Origin: Fibrobacterota bacterium
GTDB taxonomy: Bacteria > Fibrobacterota > Fibrobacteria > UBA11236
DNA length: 11,878 nucleotides
Direction of reading: 5' to 3'
NCBI GenBank assembly: GCA_043753995.1
Contig: JAYUVP010000339.1
Span: forward strand, 1 to 11,878
In this document: one piece after another, positions 1 to 7,232 of the stretch
Numbering within the stretch: position 1 is the stretch's first letter
Layout of the letters: every line of letters begins with the position of its first letter
Made by a program: the position numbers and the translations under genes
Notes under the pieces: generated by a model
Seen by the model: only the letters and a program-made list of their open reading frames with translations
The model's database searches: none
Told to the model about the DNA's origin: nothing

Positions 1-8
1 CTCACCAC

Positions 9-1286
9 TCATGTTTTTCTTTTCTTCGGATGAGCGGCGGGAAAAAGAACATTGTTAAGAATGAGGCGATAGCCCGGAGAATTGCGGCGCTGGCTAAGAT
101 CAGTAGGACTATCTCCCACGGCATGGCTATAGTCTTCCGGATCATGGCCGCCCATATAGGTGAATTGACCTTGTCCTAGCACGCCGTGAAGATAGCGTAC
201 CGCGTCCTGCCCGCTGCTGGCTGCTAGCACGGTTACTGAGGGCTTGACCATGGACTTGGGAAAGGACGTCGCCAAGCCGAAAAAGCCTTTAACGAGATCG
301 GTGTGATTCTGCACCAACATGGAAGGAACCGGATCGAATTTTGGCGAGAATTGAAAGAGCACGAAATCATTGGCCGGCCTTCTTTTCAGCGAACCCGCAT
401 TCACTTGATTAAAATCCAAATCGCCGTGAGTGGGGGAGAGCGGGTCGGTGTCGAAATGAAACCCCGTAAAGGCTAAGGACAGATTATAATCCAATTCTTG
501 ATTGAGCTTGGGGCTGGGCGGAGTACCGTCGAAAACCGCGTCGGCAGCATCGATTTGCGCCGCGGATAAAGCCATGTCGAGGGTTAAGGGAGCCAAACAC
601 ATGGCGAAGAGATAGCCGCCGTTTTCGACGAAATTCCGAATCGACAAGGCGACGGTTTTTTTCAAGGCGACATTGTTTCCGAAGCCCAGGCTTTTAGCCA
701 AGGCTTCTTGTGACGCAACTTGATTTTGATACCAAGGTTGATAATTGTAGGCGCCATAGAATTTGGAATACTGACCGGTGAAATCTTCGTGATGCAAATG
801 CAGCCAGTCATAATTTTTCAACTTGCTTTGAATGATTTCCTTGTCATAAATCTTTTCATAGGGGATTTCGGCGAAGGTTAATGCCAAGGTGACGGCATCA
901 TCCCAAGGTTGCTTGGTGAGTGGGGTATAGACGGCGACATTGGGGGCTTTTTCCAAATCGACTTTTTCGAAATTGCCCTTGTCGATAGCGGTGAGTAATT
1001 CATCTCGTCCCGCATCGTCGAGGGTTTCGAAGGAGACTCCGCGCTTGGCCGCTTCTCTCCGCAGGCCCGCATCATCGCTGAGCAAAAAACTGCCGCCGCG
1101 CCAATTGAGAAGCCATTCGGCCTTGAGGCCGCGTTGCACCGCGAGATAGGTGATGCCATAGGCCTTGAGATGATCGGTTTGGCTCATGTCCATGGGTAAA
1201 AGCAGGCTATTAGCGAGAGCAGATGTGCCACTCAGTTGAGAAAGGCAGGTGAGCAGCAAAACCGAGGTCGGGGCGAAGAGGCGCAT
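9..1286 (-). CDS. Secreted class I glutamine amidotransferase-like (GATase1-like) protein, a family commonly auto-annotated 'asparagine synthetase B' in Bacteroidota
   Basis: 425-aa ORF with an N-terminal signal peptide (MRLFAPTSVLLLTCLSQLSGTSALA). It carries the family motifs LLPMD..Q..HLKAYG, WLLNWRGGSF, QPWDDAVTLAL, DWLHLHHEDFTGQY, GGYLFAMC, GGHDPEDY and NSPGYRLILNNVLFPAA. It lacks the Ntn N-terminal Cys and ATP-PPase motif of true AsnB. Confidence 0.8.
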   Translation of the reverse strand: MRLFAPTSVLLLTCLSQLSGTSALANSLLLPMDMSQTDHLKAYGITYLAVQRGLKAEWLLNWRGGSFLLSDDAGLRREAAKRGVSFETLDDAGRDELLTAIDKGNFEKVDLEKAPNVAVYTPLTKQPWDDAVTLALTFAEIPYEKIYDKEIIQSKLKNYDWLHLHHEDFTGQYSKFYGAYNYQPWYQNQVASQEALAKSLGFGNNVALKKTVALSIRNFVENGGYLFAMCLAPLTLDMALSAAQIDAADAVFDGTPPSPKLNQELDYNLSLAFTGFHFDTDPLSPTHGDLDFNQVNAGSLKRRPANDFVLFQFSPKFDPVPSMLVQNHTDLVKGFFGLATSFPKSMVKPSVTVLAASSGQDAVRYLHGVLGQGQFTYMGGHDPEDYSHAVGDSPTDLSQRRNSPGYRLILNNVLFPAAHPKKRKT

Positions 1287-1294
1287 AGGATTTC

Positions 1295-1300
1295 AAAATA
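1295..1300 (-). promoter_or_regulatory. Putative -10 element (TATTTT) 8 nt upstream of the ATG at 1286; possible leaderless promoter
   Basis: The minus strand reads gggTATTTTgaaatcctATG with no Shine-Dalgarno. Confidence 0.35.
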
Positions 1301-1346
1301 CCCGCTTGCGGAGGATTTGGGTTTTAACGGAGGGCCTCGGCGGATT

Positions 1347-2558
1347 TTATTCCAGGACGCGCTGCCCGCCGACGACGACGAGGGCTATGTCCTGTGATTC
1401 GCGCAAGAGCGCCGCGGGTACATCGTCTGCTTCCGAAATGTCGAGGCGCACGCCGATGAAATCCGCAATGGATCCTTGGGCTAGGCATCCGAGCTTGCCG
1501 CTAGCATCCAGGGCGCGGCCAGGATTCACCGTGGCCATGGCCAAGACTTCCTGGGCCGTGAAGTCGGGGAATTTGCGGTGAAATTCTTGCAAAGCATCCC
1601 AGAGGTTGAGGCTTATCCCTGACGCTAGGCTGTCGGTGCCAAGCGCAAGGGGTACACCCGCGGCGCGATAGGCCTGGGCAGGAAAAGGCTTGTGCCCGAA
1701 AAAGGCATGGCTTTGCGGGCAATGCACAACCGTGGCCTCCAGCGAAGCAAGATAGGCGGCTTCTTCGTCCGCCGGTTCATTGGCGTGAACAATCAAGGGC
1801 CTTGGCGGCAGCAAATTTTCCTCGCGGAAATATCCCAGCGGCGTTCGGCCGCGATGGTGCGGGGCGGCAGGGAAAATGCTTTCGCAAAAAGCCTGGAGAG
1901 GCCCGGAGGCCTTCGCGAAAAGAAGCTCTTCTTCACGGCTTTCCCCTGCATGCACCGTGAACACCGGCGCTTCGCTTGCCTGCGCCAAGGCACGAAAAAG
2001 CGGCAGGGAAACGCTATACCCTGCATGCGGCACGAGGCCCTTGCGCAAAAAGGGGCCATTCGGAGTCACGTCCAGACGATAGCGAGCCTCATCCAAGCGC
2101 TTCTCGGCTTGGGTCGGATCAAGCCCCAAGACTTCGAGGCAAGCAAAAACCCGCAGCGGTAAATCAGCCACCGCTTGCGGCGTGATGCCTTGATTGCCAA
2201 TGTCCACGAGGCAAGTCGTGCCATAGCGCAGGCTTTCGAGGGCACCCAGGCGGCAGCCCTCGACATAGTCCGCTTCGCTCCAGCTCTGGGTGATGCCGCG
2301 AAGTCCGCGCACCCAATCGGGAAAGCTCAAGCCCGCTGCCAGTCGACCGCGCATGGCATGCAATTCGAGATGGGCATGGGCATTGATGAGGCCGGGCATA
2401 AGCACATGCCTCGGCCCATCCCAGACTTCTTCTCCCGGCAAAGGAAGCAAATCGCTTTGTCGTCCCAGGGCCACGATGCTTCCGCCTTCAACACGCAAAG
2501 CCCCGTGGGCCAAGGGCGGGCCAACCATGGGAAGCAGGTAACGTGCGCGATACAGCAT
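1347..2558 (-). CDS. Amidohydrolase superfamily metal-dependent deaminase (COG0402 type; resembles aminodeoxyfutalosine and SAH/MTA deaminases)
   Basis: 403-aa ORF containing MPGLINAHAHLEL (HxH), GTT, PHAGYS, HAGES (HxxE), IVHAN, HCPQS, LGTDSLAS (catalytic Asp), ATVNPGRAL and G.LAQG..AD. Confidence 0.9.
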   Translation of the reverse strand: MLYRARYLLPMVGPPLAHGALRVEGGSIVALGRQSDLLPLPGEEVWDGPRHVLMPGLINAHAHLELHAMRGRLAAGLSFPDWVRGLRGITQSWSEADYVEGCRLGALESLRYGTTCLVDIGNQGITPQAVADLPLRVFACLEVLGLDPTQAEKRLDEARYRLDVTPNGPFLRKGLVPHAGYSVSLPLFRALAQASEAPVFTVHAGESREEELLFAKASGPLQAFCESIFPAAPHHRGRTPLGYFREENLLPPRPLIVHANEPADEEAAYLASLEATVVHCPQSHAFFGHKPFPAQAYRAAGVPLALGTDSLASGISLNLWDALQEFHRKFPDFTAQEVLAMATVNPGRALDASGKLGCLAQGSIADFIGVRLDISEADDVPAALLRESQDIALVVVGGQRVLE

Positions 2559-2577
2559 GGGCGAAGAGGGCTCGTTC

Positions 2578-2613
2578 GTTTGCGGGCAAGAATGTGGGCA
2601 GGTTTGCGGGCAA
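2578..2613. repeat. Three tandem 12-bp units in the divergent intergenic region
   Basis: GTTTGCGGGCAA (2578-2589), GAATGTGGGCAG (2590-2601, 8/12 identical) and GTTTGCGGGCAA (2602-2613). Confidence 0.75.
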
Positions 2614-2655
2614 AAAAGCCATGCCGGGACGGCATCGCTTCAGCACCCAAAGGCA

Positions 2656-2664
2656 TGGTATCCT
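2656..2664 (+). promoter_or_regulatory. Putative extended -10 promoter (TGnTATCCT) for the glycosyltransferase operon
   Basis: TGGTATCCT matches TGnTAnnnT. If real, transcription would begin near 2670-2672, which favours ATG 2694 or 2703 over 2667 as the start. Confidence 0.4.
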
Positions 2665-2666
2665 AA

Positions 2667-4031
2667 ATGGAATGGCCGGAGCCAGTTCCGGCAATGGACT
2701 TCATGTTTCAATTTGCAAAATCGACCTTGCTTCGGCGTTGGCGCCAGTCCCCGGAGTGGACTCTTGGGCTACTCGCCCTTTTGTGGATAGTTCTGCGCAT
2801 TCGCCCCGAATTTCAGCTCGACGAAGAGCGTTTTGTCGAGTATGCAGACAATTTGTGCCGAGGCTTTTACGCCCCCACCGACACGCTTTTTTTATGGAAT
2901 GGACCGGGCCTCCCCCTTTTGCTTTGGCCTTTCCGAGCTTGGGATTTACCGCTTTATGTGGCCAAGCTGGGCAATGCCCTGTTCTTCTTCGGGGCTGTGC
3001 GTCATTTTCGTCTCACCTTGCAGGCCATGGACGGGGGCGGCCCGGAGTCCCATTCGTCATCGCTGCGGGCCAAGGTCGCCCCGGTTTCTTCGCGGGCTTC
3101 TACCTGGGCTTGGTGGGTCGGGTCTTATTTCCTGGTTTTTGATTTGCCCTGGTTACCCTTGCTCATGACTGAGACGGTTGCCTTGTTTTGCGTCGCCGGT
3201 GCAATGCGTGAATTGAATACTTCCCTGGAAACGGAAACCAAGCGCGGCCCGCTATTGCGCGCGGCAGCCTATCTCGCGGCTTTGGCGCTCACCCGCTTTT
3301 TCTTCGCCTGTGTCTTGCTAGCGGGATTGGGCCTGACCTTGTGCTTAGCCTGTTTGCCTCGCCATCGTCGCCTGGCCAAGCGTCTTGCGAGTATCGCCAT
3401 CCTGGCCTTTTTGATTTGCAGTCCCTATTTGTTGTACACCTATCAACTCACCGGTAGGTTTTTCTATTGGGGCAATACCGGAGGGAGCCAGATGTATACC
3501 CTCACCTTGCCTGAAAAAAACCTTTTGGGCGATATCATTCCTTTCAATGCGATTTTGGAATACCCGGAAATTTCGCCTTCGGCGCATGCGCTTTTGCAAA
3601 GCATCGCAAGTGACAATGAAGTTGAGCGCGACATGGCCTTTCGCCGAGCCGCCTGGAATAATCTCCGCAATCATCCCGGCAAGGTATTTCAGAATTGGCG
3701 CGCCAATGTCAATCGCCTGGTTTTCGACACTCCTTTTTCGCATTTTCCCGGTTCGCATTCGCGACAAGGCAGCGGCAATCTCGCCTTCCTATTCAGCTTT
3801 TGGTTCTATGCTTTTCTGCCGACTGTTGCGATAGCCATTTTCACTTGGCGTTCACAGACCTGGCGTCCCATCACCGTCGTGGCCATCGGTTTTTCTTGGA
3901 TATCTCTGGCCGGACTATCCCTGCTGTCGGCCTATGCGCGTTTTGTCTTGCCGCTTTTACCCGCGCTCGCTTTGGCCATGGCAGAAATTTGGCGCCATCG
4001 CTTGCGCATGGCCTATGGAAAGACCCTATGA
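2667..4031 (+). CDS. Polytopic membrane glycosyltransferase, GT-C fold (ArnT/PMT-like); start may be 2694 or 2703
   Basis: Many hydrophobic helices. An acidic DE motif follows the first TM (QLDEERFVEYADNL), with GPGLPLLL, LLMTETVALF, a large soluble loop and a C-terminal ARFVLPLLP motif typical of lipid-linked-sugar transferases. Confidence 0.7.
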   Translation: MEWPEPVPAMDFMFQFAKSTLLRRWRQSPEWTLGLLALLWIVLRIRPEFQLDEERFVEYADNLCRGFYAPTDTLFLWNGPGLPLLLWPFRAWDLPLYVAKLGNALFFFGAVRHFRLTLQAMDGGGPESHSSSLRAKVAPVSSRASTWAWWVGSYFLVFDLPWLPLLMTETVALFCVAGAMRELNTSLETETKRGPLLRAAAYLAALALTRFFFACVLLAGLGLTLCLACLPRHRRLAKRLASIAILAFLICSPYLLYTYQLTGRFFYWGNTGGSQMYTLTLPEKNLLGDIIPFNAILEYPEISPSAHALLQSIASDNEVERDMAFRRAAWNNLRNHPGKVFQNWRANVNRLVFDTPFSHFPGSHSRQGSGNLAFLFSFWFYAFLPTVAIAIFTWRSQTWRPITVVAIGFSWISLAGLSLLSAYARFVLPLLPALALAMAEIWRHRLRMAYGKTL

Positions 4032-5131
4032 ATCGCCCGCATTGGCTGGTGGAAGCCTTCGCGGTGGGCAATGATTCCGGGCTCGGCCGCCATGTTCGCC
4101 TTATCGTGGACGCCCTGGCTTCCATTCCCCAAATACGTTTTTCTGTTTTGCTTTCCGGTGGCGACGAAAGCGATTATCAGCCGCCCGCTTCGTTAAAAGT
4201 CTGGCGCGTGCGTCCCAAGCCGCTGCGCCTTTGGACGGCCTGCGCTCTTCCCCTGTGGGAAGCGGCGCTGCGTCCCGACGGCGTTTTGCATTTGGGCTAT
4301 AGCTTTCCGCCTTGGAAGTCGTCGCGCAAACGGGTCCTACTCATTCCCGATGCCGGTCCCCTAGAGAACGGAATATTGCGAATGTCACGCTATGCCGACA
4401 AAAATCGGCGTATCCTTGAAAATCAAATTCCCCGTGCCCAGCATGGCTTGGTGAGCACGCGTTTCACCGCTCAAAGACTCCAAGCCTTGCTCGGTATAGA
4501 TGAAAGCCGCCTGTCCCTATTGCCGCCTTTTGGCGCCTATACTTCGGCGTGGACCCAGGCCACCTCCGAAGACGCCGACATTGCGCGAAAATTTCCCCAG
4601 GGCTATTTCGTGAGCGTGGGTAATATAGAGCCGCGTAAAAACCATGTCGGCTTGCTGCAAGCCTATGCTTGGCTGCATCAACAGCATGCTGATGTACCTC
4701 CCCTGGTCCTCATTGGCCATGAAGCCTGGGATGGGGGTGCCGCGCGCAGCGAGGCTTTGCGTCTCGGCTTGCAGGAGCAAGTGATATTCACCGGACATAT
4801 TCCAGATGCTTCCCTTGGCGCCTATTTGCGTCAGGCCTCGGCCTTTGTGACGGCTTCGCTTTATGAAGGTTTCGGCATGCCGCTTTTCGAAGCCATGTGC
4901 CTAGGTAAGGCTTGCATTTATCATCAAGGGACTAGCCATGAAGATTTCGCCCTTGACGCTGCACTTAGGGTCGATTGCCAATCCCCGCCGGCCTTGGGCG
5001 AGGCCATGAAGTCCTTGTGGATCGATTTTTCATTCAGAAAGGAAATGGAAGACAAGGCTAAGCGACGCGCAGCACTTGCCCTCCGTTTCGATTTCGCGGA
5101 AGACATGCGGCAAGCCCTGCAAAAGGCTTGA
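4028..5131 (+). CDS. Glycosyltransferase family 4 (GT-B fold, Glycos_transf_1)
   Basis: ATG 4028 overlaps the upstream stop (ATGA), giving 367 aa. Motifs are SGLGRHV, VGNIEPRKN, VIFTGHIPD and SLYEGFGMPLFEAM (Ex7E). Confidence 0.93.
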   Translation: MNRPHWLVEAFAVGNDSGLGRHVRLIVDALASIPQIRFSVLLSGGDESDYQPPASLKVWRVRPKPLRLWTACALPLWEAALRPDGVLHLGYSFPPWKSSRKRVLLIPDAGPLENGILRMSRYADKNRRILENQIPRAQHGLVSTRFTAQRLQALLGIDESRLSLLPPFGAYTSAWTQATSEDADIARKFPQGYFVSVGNIEPRKNHVGLLQAYAWLHQQHADVPPLVLIGHEAWDGGAARSEALRLGLQEQVIFTGHIPDASLGAYLRQASAFVTASLYEGFGMPLFEAMCLGKACIYHQGTSHEDFALDAALRVDCQSPPALGEAMKSLWIDFSFRKEMEDKAKRRAALALRFDFAEDMRQALQKA

Positions 5132-5153
5132 GACTTTTCGCTTCGGTCACTCC

Positions 5154-5885
5154 CTAAGGGGAACCGAGAAAAAAGACCGGCAAGGAATCAAGGCGGAATG
5201 CCGCCGTATCGCATTGAAAAGAACCATGAGCTTGCGCCGTGTCGATAGTCACCCAGCCAAGGTCGACGCCTACCGTATCTCCGTTGCGTTTGGCCCAGGC
5301 ATAATTGAGGATTGAGCAGGCGGAAAGCGAGTCGATGAAGATTTTGGCTTGAGGAAAAATCGCCGAGGAATCGCGATAGGTCATAACTCCGCGCGAAGTG
5401 AAGCCCAAATCGTTTTTGGCATGCTTAAGGCTATCGCGATGGAATTGCCCTGCCACCAGCAATGCCTTCGGTCCAGATACGAGGCCCATATCCGCCAATA
5501 CCAAGGTCATTCCCGCTTTGGCATTCAGAGCCACGGTCGCCAGGGTGTCGCGGGTCTTTTGGAGGGCGCAAGTTGGCGCACCTGGAATTTCAGCGCGAAT
5601 TTCGGGTCGCACTCGCAAGGTGTCCGCTCGCATCGCTTGGCTGTCCACTGCCAGAGTCACCTGGGTGATACGGGTGCAGGCATATCCAACATGCATGCCC
5701 ACGAAGCGTAAGGAAATCGAATCACCGCTTTCGACAAAGCGCCTAGGCCCGGGATAAAAATCCAAGGTTTCAGTGGGTAGGGAGGCCACGATTTGGGTCT
5801 CGCGATCAGGCCACACCGAAAAGCCGCAACCAGAAATCCATGCTGCGCAAAAGGTGACTAGCGAGTGCGTAAAAAGCTGGCGCAT
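5154..5885 (-). CDS. Putative lipoprotein of unknown function
   Basis: ATG 5885 lies 2 nt after the upstream stop, giving 243 aa. The signal peptide ends in the lipobox ISG-C20, and the mature part is beta-rich with four further Cys. Confidence 0.75.
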   Translation of the reverse strand: MRQLFTHSLVTFCAAWISGCGFSVWPDRETQIVASLPTETLDFYPGPRRFVESGDSISLRFVGMHVGYACTRITQVTLAVDSQAMRADTLRVRPEIRAEIPGAPTCALQKTRDTLATVALNAKAGMTLVLADMGLVSGPKALLVAGQFHRDSLKHAKNDLGFTSRGVMTYRDSSAIFPQAKIFIDSLSACSILNYAWAKRNGDTVGVDLGWVTIDTAQAHGSFQCDTAAFRLDSLPVFFLGSP

Positions 5886-5887
5886 GA

Positions 5888-6274
5888 TCAAGTGTCTTCC
5901 GCCGAGGCATGTGCTTGGCCCCAAGGCTCGGGTCCTATTTTACCCAGCGAGGCATAGGCCTCCAAGGTGTCCTGCTCGGAAAGCCGTGCCGCACCCAATT
6001 GGTCCAGGCATTGCAAAGCACTATGTAAATCGGCACCGCGGAGCAAACCCCAATGCTGCAATACCGCTTCGGCTAGGCCGCCGAATTGTTGGCGCGCTTG
6101 CCGAGGTATCCACTGTCCTAATTCCTGGGGACCGGTTTGCGCGGGTTCGCCCGAGCTAATGGGGTTGCCATTTTGATGCAGGCCATGCAAAAGCCAGGCT
6201 AAGGCCTCAGGGGCAAAAGGCAAGGCCCCGGCGCGGTGGGCGCGGGCCAAAGCGGTTTTGAAATCAGGGGACAT
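5888..6274 (-). CDS. Minf_1886-family (TIGR04138-like) small uncharacterised protein, divergent
   Basis: 128 aa from ATG 6274, overlapping the upstream gene by 11 nt. The pattern F.PEAL.WLL.GL ... GPQELGQWI...ARQQFGGLAEAVLQHWGL....DL......L...G...LSEQDTLEAY fits the family consensus as I recall it (GQELLEGIR..A.E.FG.LA..V...WGI..T.DFG.IV..LV..G......D...DF). Confidence 0.7.
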   Translation of the reverse strand: MSPDFKTALARAHRAGALPFAPEALAWLLHGLHQNGNPISSGEPAQTGPQELGQWIPRQARQQFGGLAEAVLQHWGLLRGADLHSALQCLDQLGAARLSEQDTLEAYASLGKIGPEPWGQAHASAEDT

Positions 6275-7166
6275 TCTCTTCCGTCTCCGGTGCCGCGGCG
6301 ACCTGCCAATGCGATGGCAAGGTGGGCGAACCCTGGGCAAGCCACAATACCGTGACTTTCGAATCGTTTTTCAGAGTTTGGCCCAGGCGTTGTCCGAGGG
6401 CAATGGGCTTCCCTCGTTTTATTTCAGGACTTAAAATCAAATCTCCCGTGAATACCGAGCGGCAAAAGGCGGCATGATCGAGGACTAGGCGTAACTTACC
6501 TGCGACGGTATCACGCCGGGAAACCCAACCCGCAGCCGGCGCTAACAATGCCGTCATCCCTTCCACTCGCAAGCAAGCCTTGTCCTTGTCAAAGCGTACT
6601 AAGCTGGGCTCGGCAATAGGCAAACGCGGCATGCCGTTCTCCTCGCAGCCTGTTTCGGGGCATAGTGACCAACCCTGAGAGCGCTGGCGAGGCAGATAAA
6701 CTTTTTTGCCCGAGCCGCTGCCGAGGGACAATCGAAGCAGAGACGCCATTCCCGATTCCGCCAAACCTGAATCGAGGGGAAATTTACAGGTGACCGACCA
6801 CCCCATAGTTTGAGCATTCACCCTATTACGAGCCATGGCTTCGGAAAGCCAATTCGCCAATCCAGGGCGAGCACTATCCACCCCTTGGAGGCAGGCCGAT
6901 ATTTCACCCGCTGGGCAATTCAAGGTGATTTGCGAAGAATCGCGATTAAAAACCCAGCTGGGTTTCTCGATTTCCGCTTCCAGCCTGGAGTCAGGAATTG
7001 ACTTTTCGGGCTTGGATGGGGAACGATTTTTAGACGAAAGAGTGGGGGACTTTTTTAGCCAAGACGCGATTTGGCGAGTTCCAGGCTCAAAACCGAAATA
7101 AAGCCCTATGCCGATGCCAATCAAGAGCAAAAGACGAATAACCGGCCTTTTGCGGGCAGGGGGCAC
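6264..7166 (-). CDS. Membrane-anchored protein with a C-terminal degenerate M23/LytM-like domain
   Basis: 300 aa from a GTG start. A basic N-terminus precedes a TM segment (VIRLLLLIGIGIGLYFGF). The C-terminal LLAPAAGWV...LVLDH...IKRGKPIALGQRLGQT follows the M23 pattern V.A.A.G.V...V.IDH...VK.G..V..GQ.IG, but the Zn ligands are missing. Confidence 0.65.
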   Translation of the reverse strand: MPPARKRPVIRLLLLIGIGIGLYFGFEPGTRQIASWLKKSPTLSSKNRSPSKPEKSIPDSRLEAEIEKPSWVFNRDSSQITLNCPAGEISACLQGVDSARPGLANWLSEAMARNRVNAQTMGWSVTCKFPLDSGLAESGMASLLRLSLGSGSGKKVYLPRQRSQGWSLCPETGCEENGMPRLPIAEPSLVRFDKDKACLRVEGMTALLAPAAGWVSRRDTVAGKLRLVLDHAAFCRSVFTGDLILSPEIKRGKPIALGQRLGQTLKNDSKVTVLWLAQGSPTLPSHWQVAAAPETEENVP

Positions 7167-7185
7167 GACATGTCGTACCCTCTGC
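7156..7185 (-). promoter_or_regulatory. 30-nt inverted repeat (mRNA hairpin) covering the translation initiation region of the M23-like gene
   Basis: The minus strand GCAGAGGGTACGA-CATG-TCGTGCCCCCTGC forms a 13-position stem with one A-C mismatch and one G-U pair. The central ACGACATGTCGT (7165-7176) is a perfect palindrome. Confidence 0.65.
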
Positions 7186-7232
7186 TTAGGGCGATGATCC
7201 CAATTGGAGGGAGGCAGCCCCGACCTTCCTGA

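Noticed and set aside
1287..1347. Three GGATTT hexamers and a CCGCTTGCGG mini-palindrome
   Set aside because: The elements are short and irregularly spaced (25 and 29 nt), so they cannot be distinguished from chance.
1249..3168. Overlapping alternative-frame and antisense ORFs across the amidohydrolase and GT-C genes
   Set aside because: Such ORFs are expected in GC-rich coding DNA, and they show no recognisable domains or initiation signals.
3695..4027. 111-aa N-terminal extension of the GT4 ORF in the ORF track
   Set aside because: It overlaps the GT-C gene and does not look like a real protein. ATG 4028 forms an ATGA coupling and matches the normal start of a GT4 domain.
6275..6340. Arg-rich extension of the Minf_1886-like ORF (and similarly 5886-5924 for the lipoprotein)
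   Set aside because: Both extensions lie inside the upstream CDS. The downstream ATGs give better coupling and, for the lipoprotein, a proper signal peptide.
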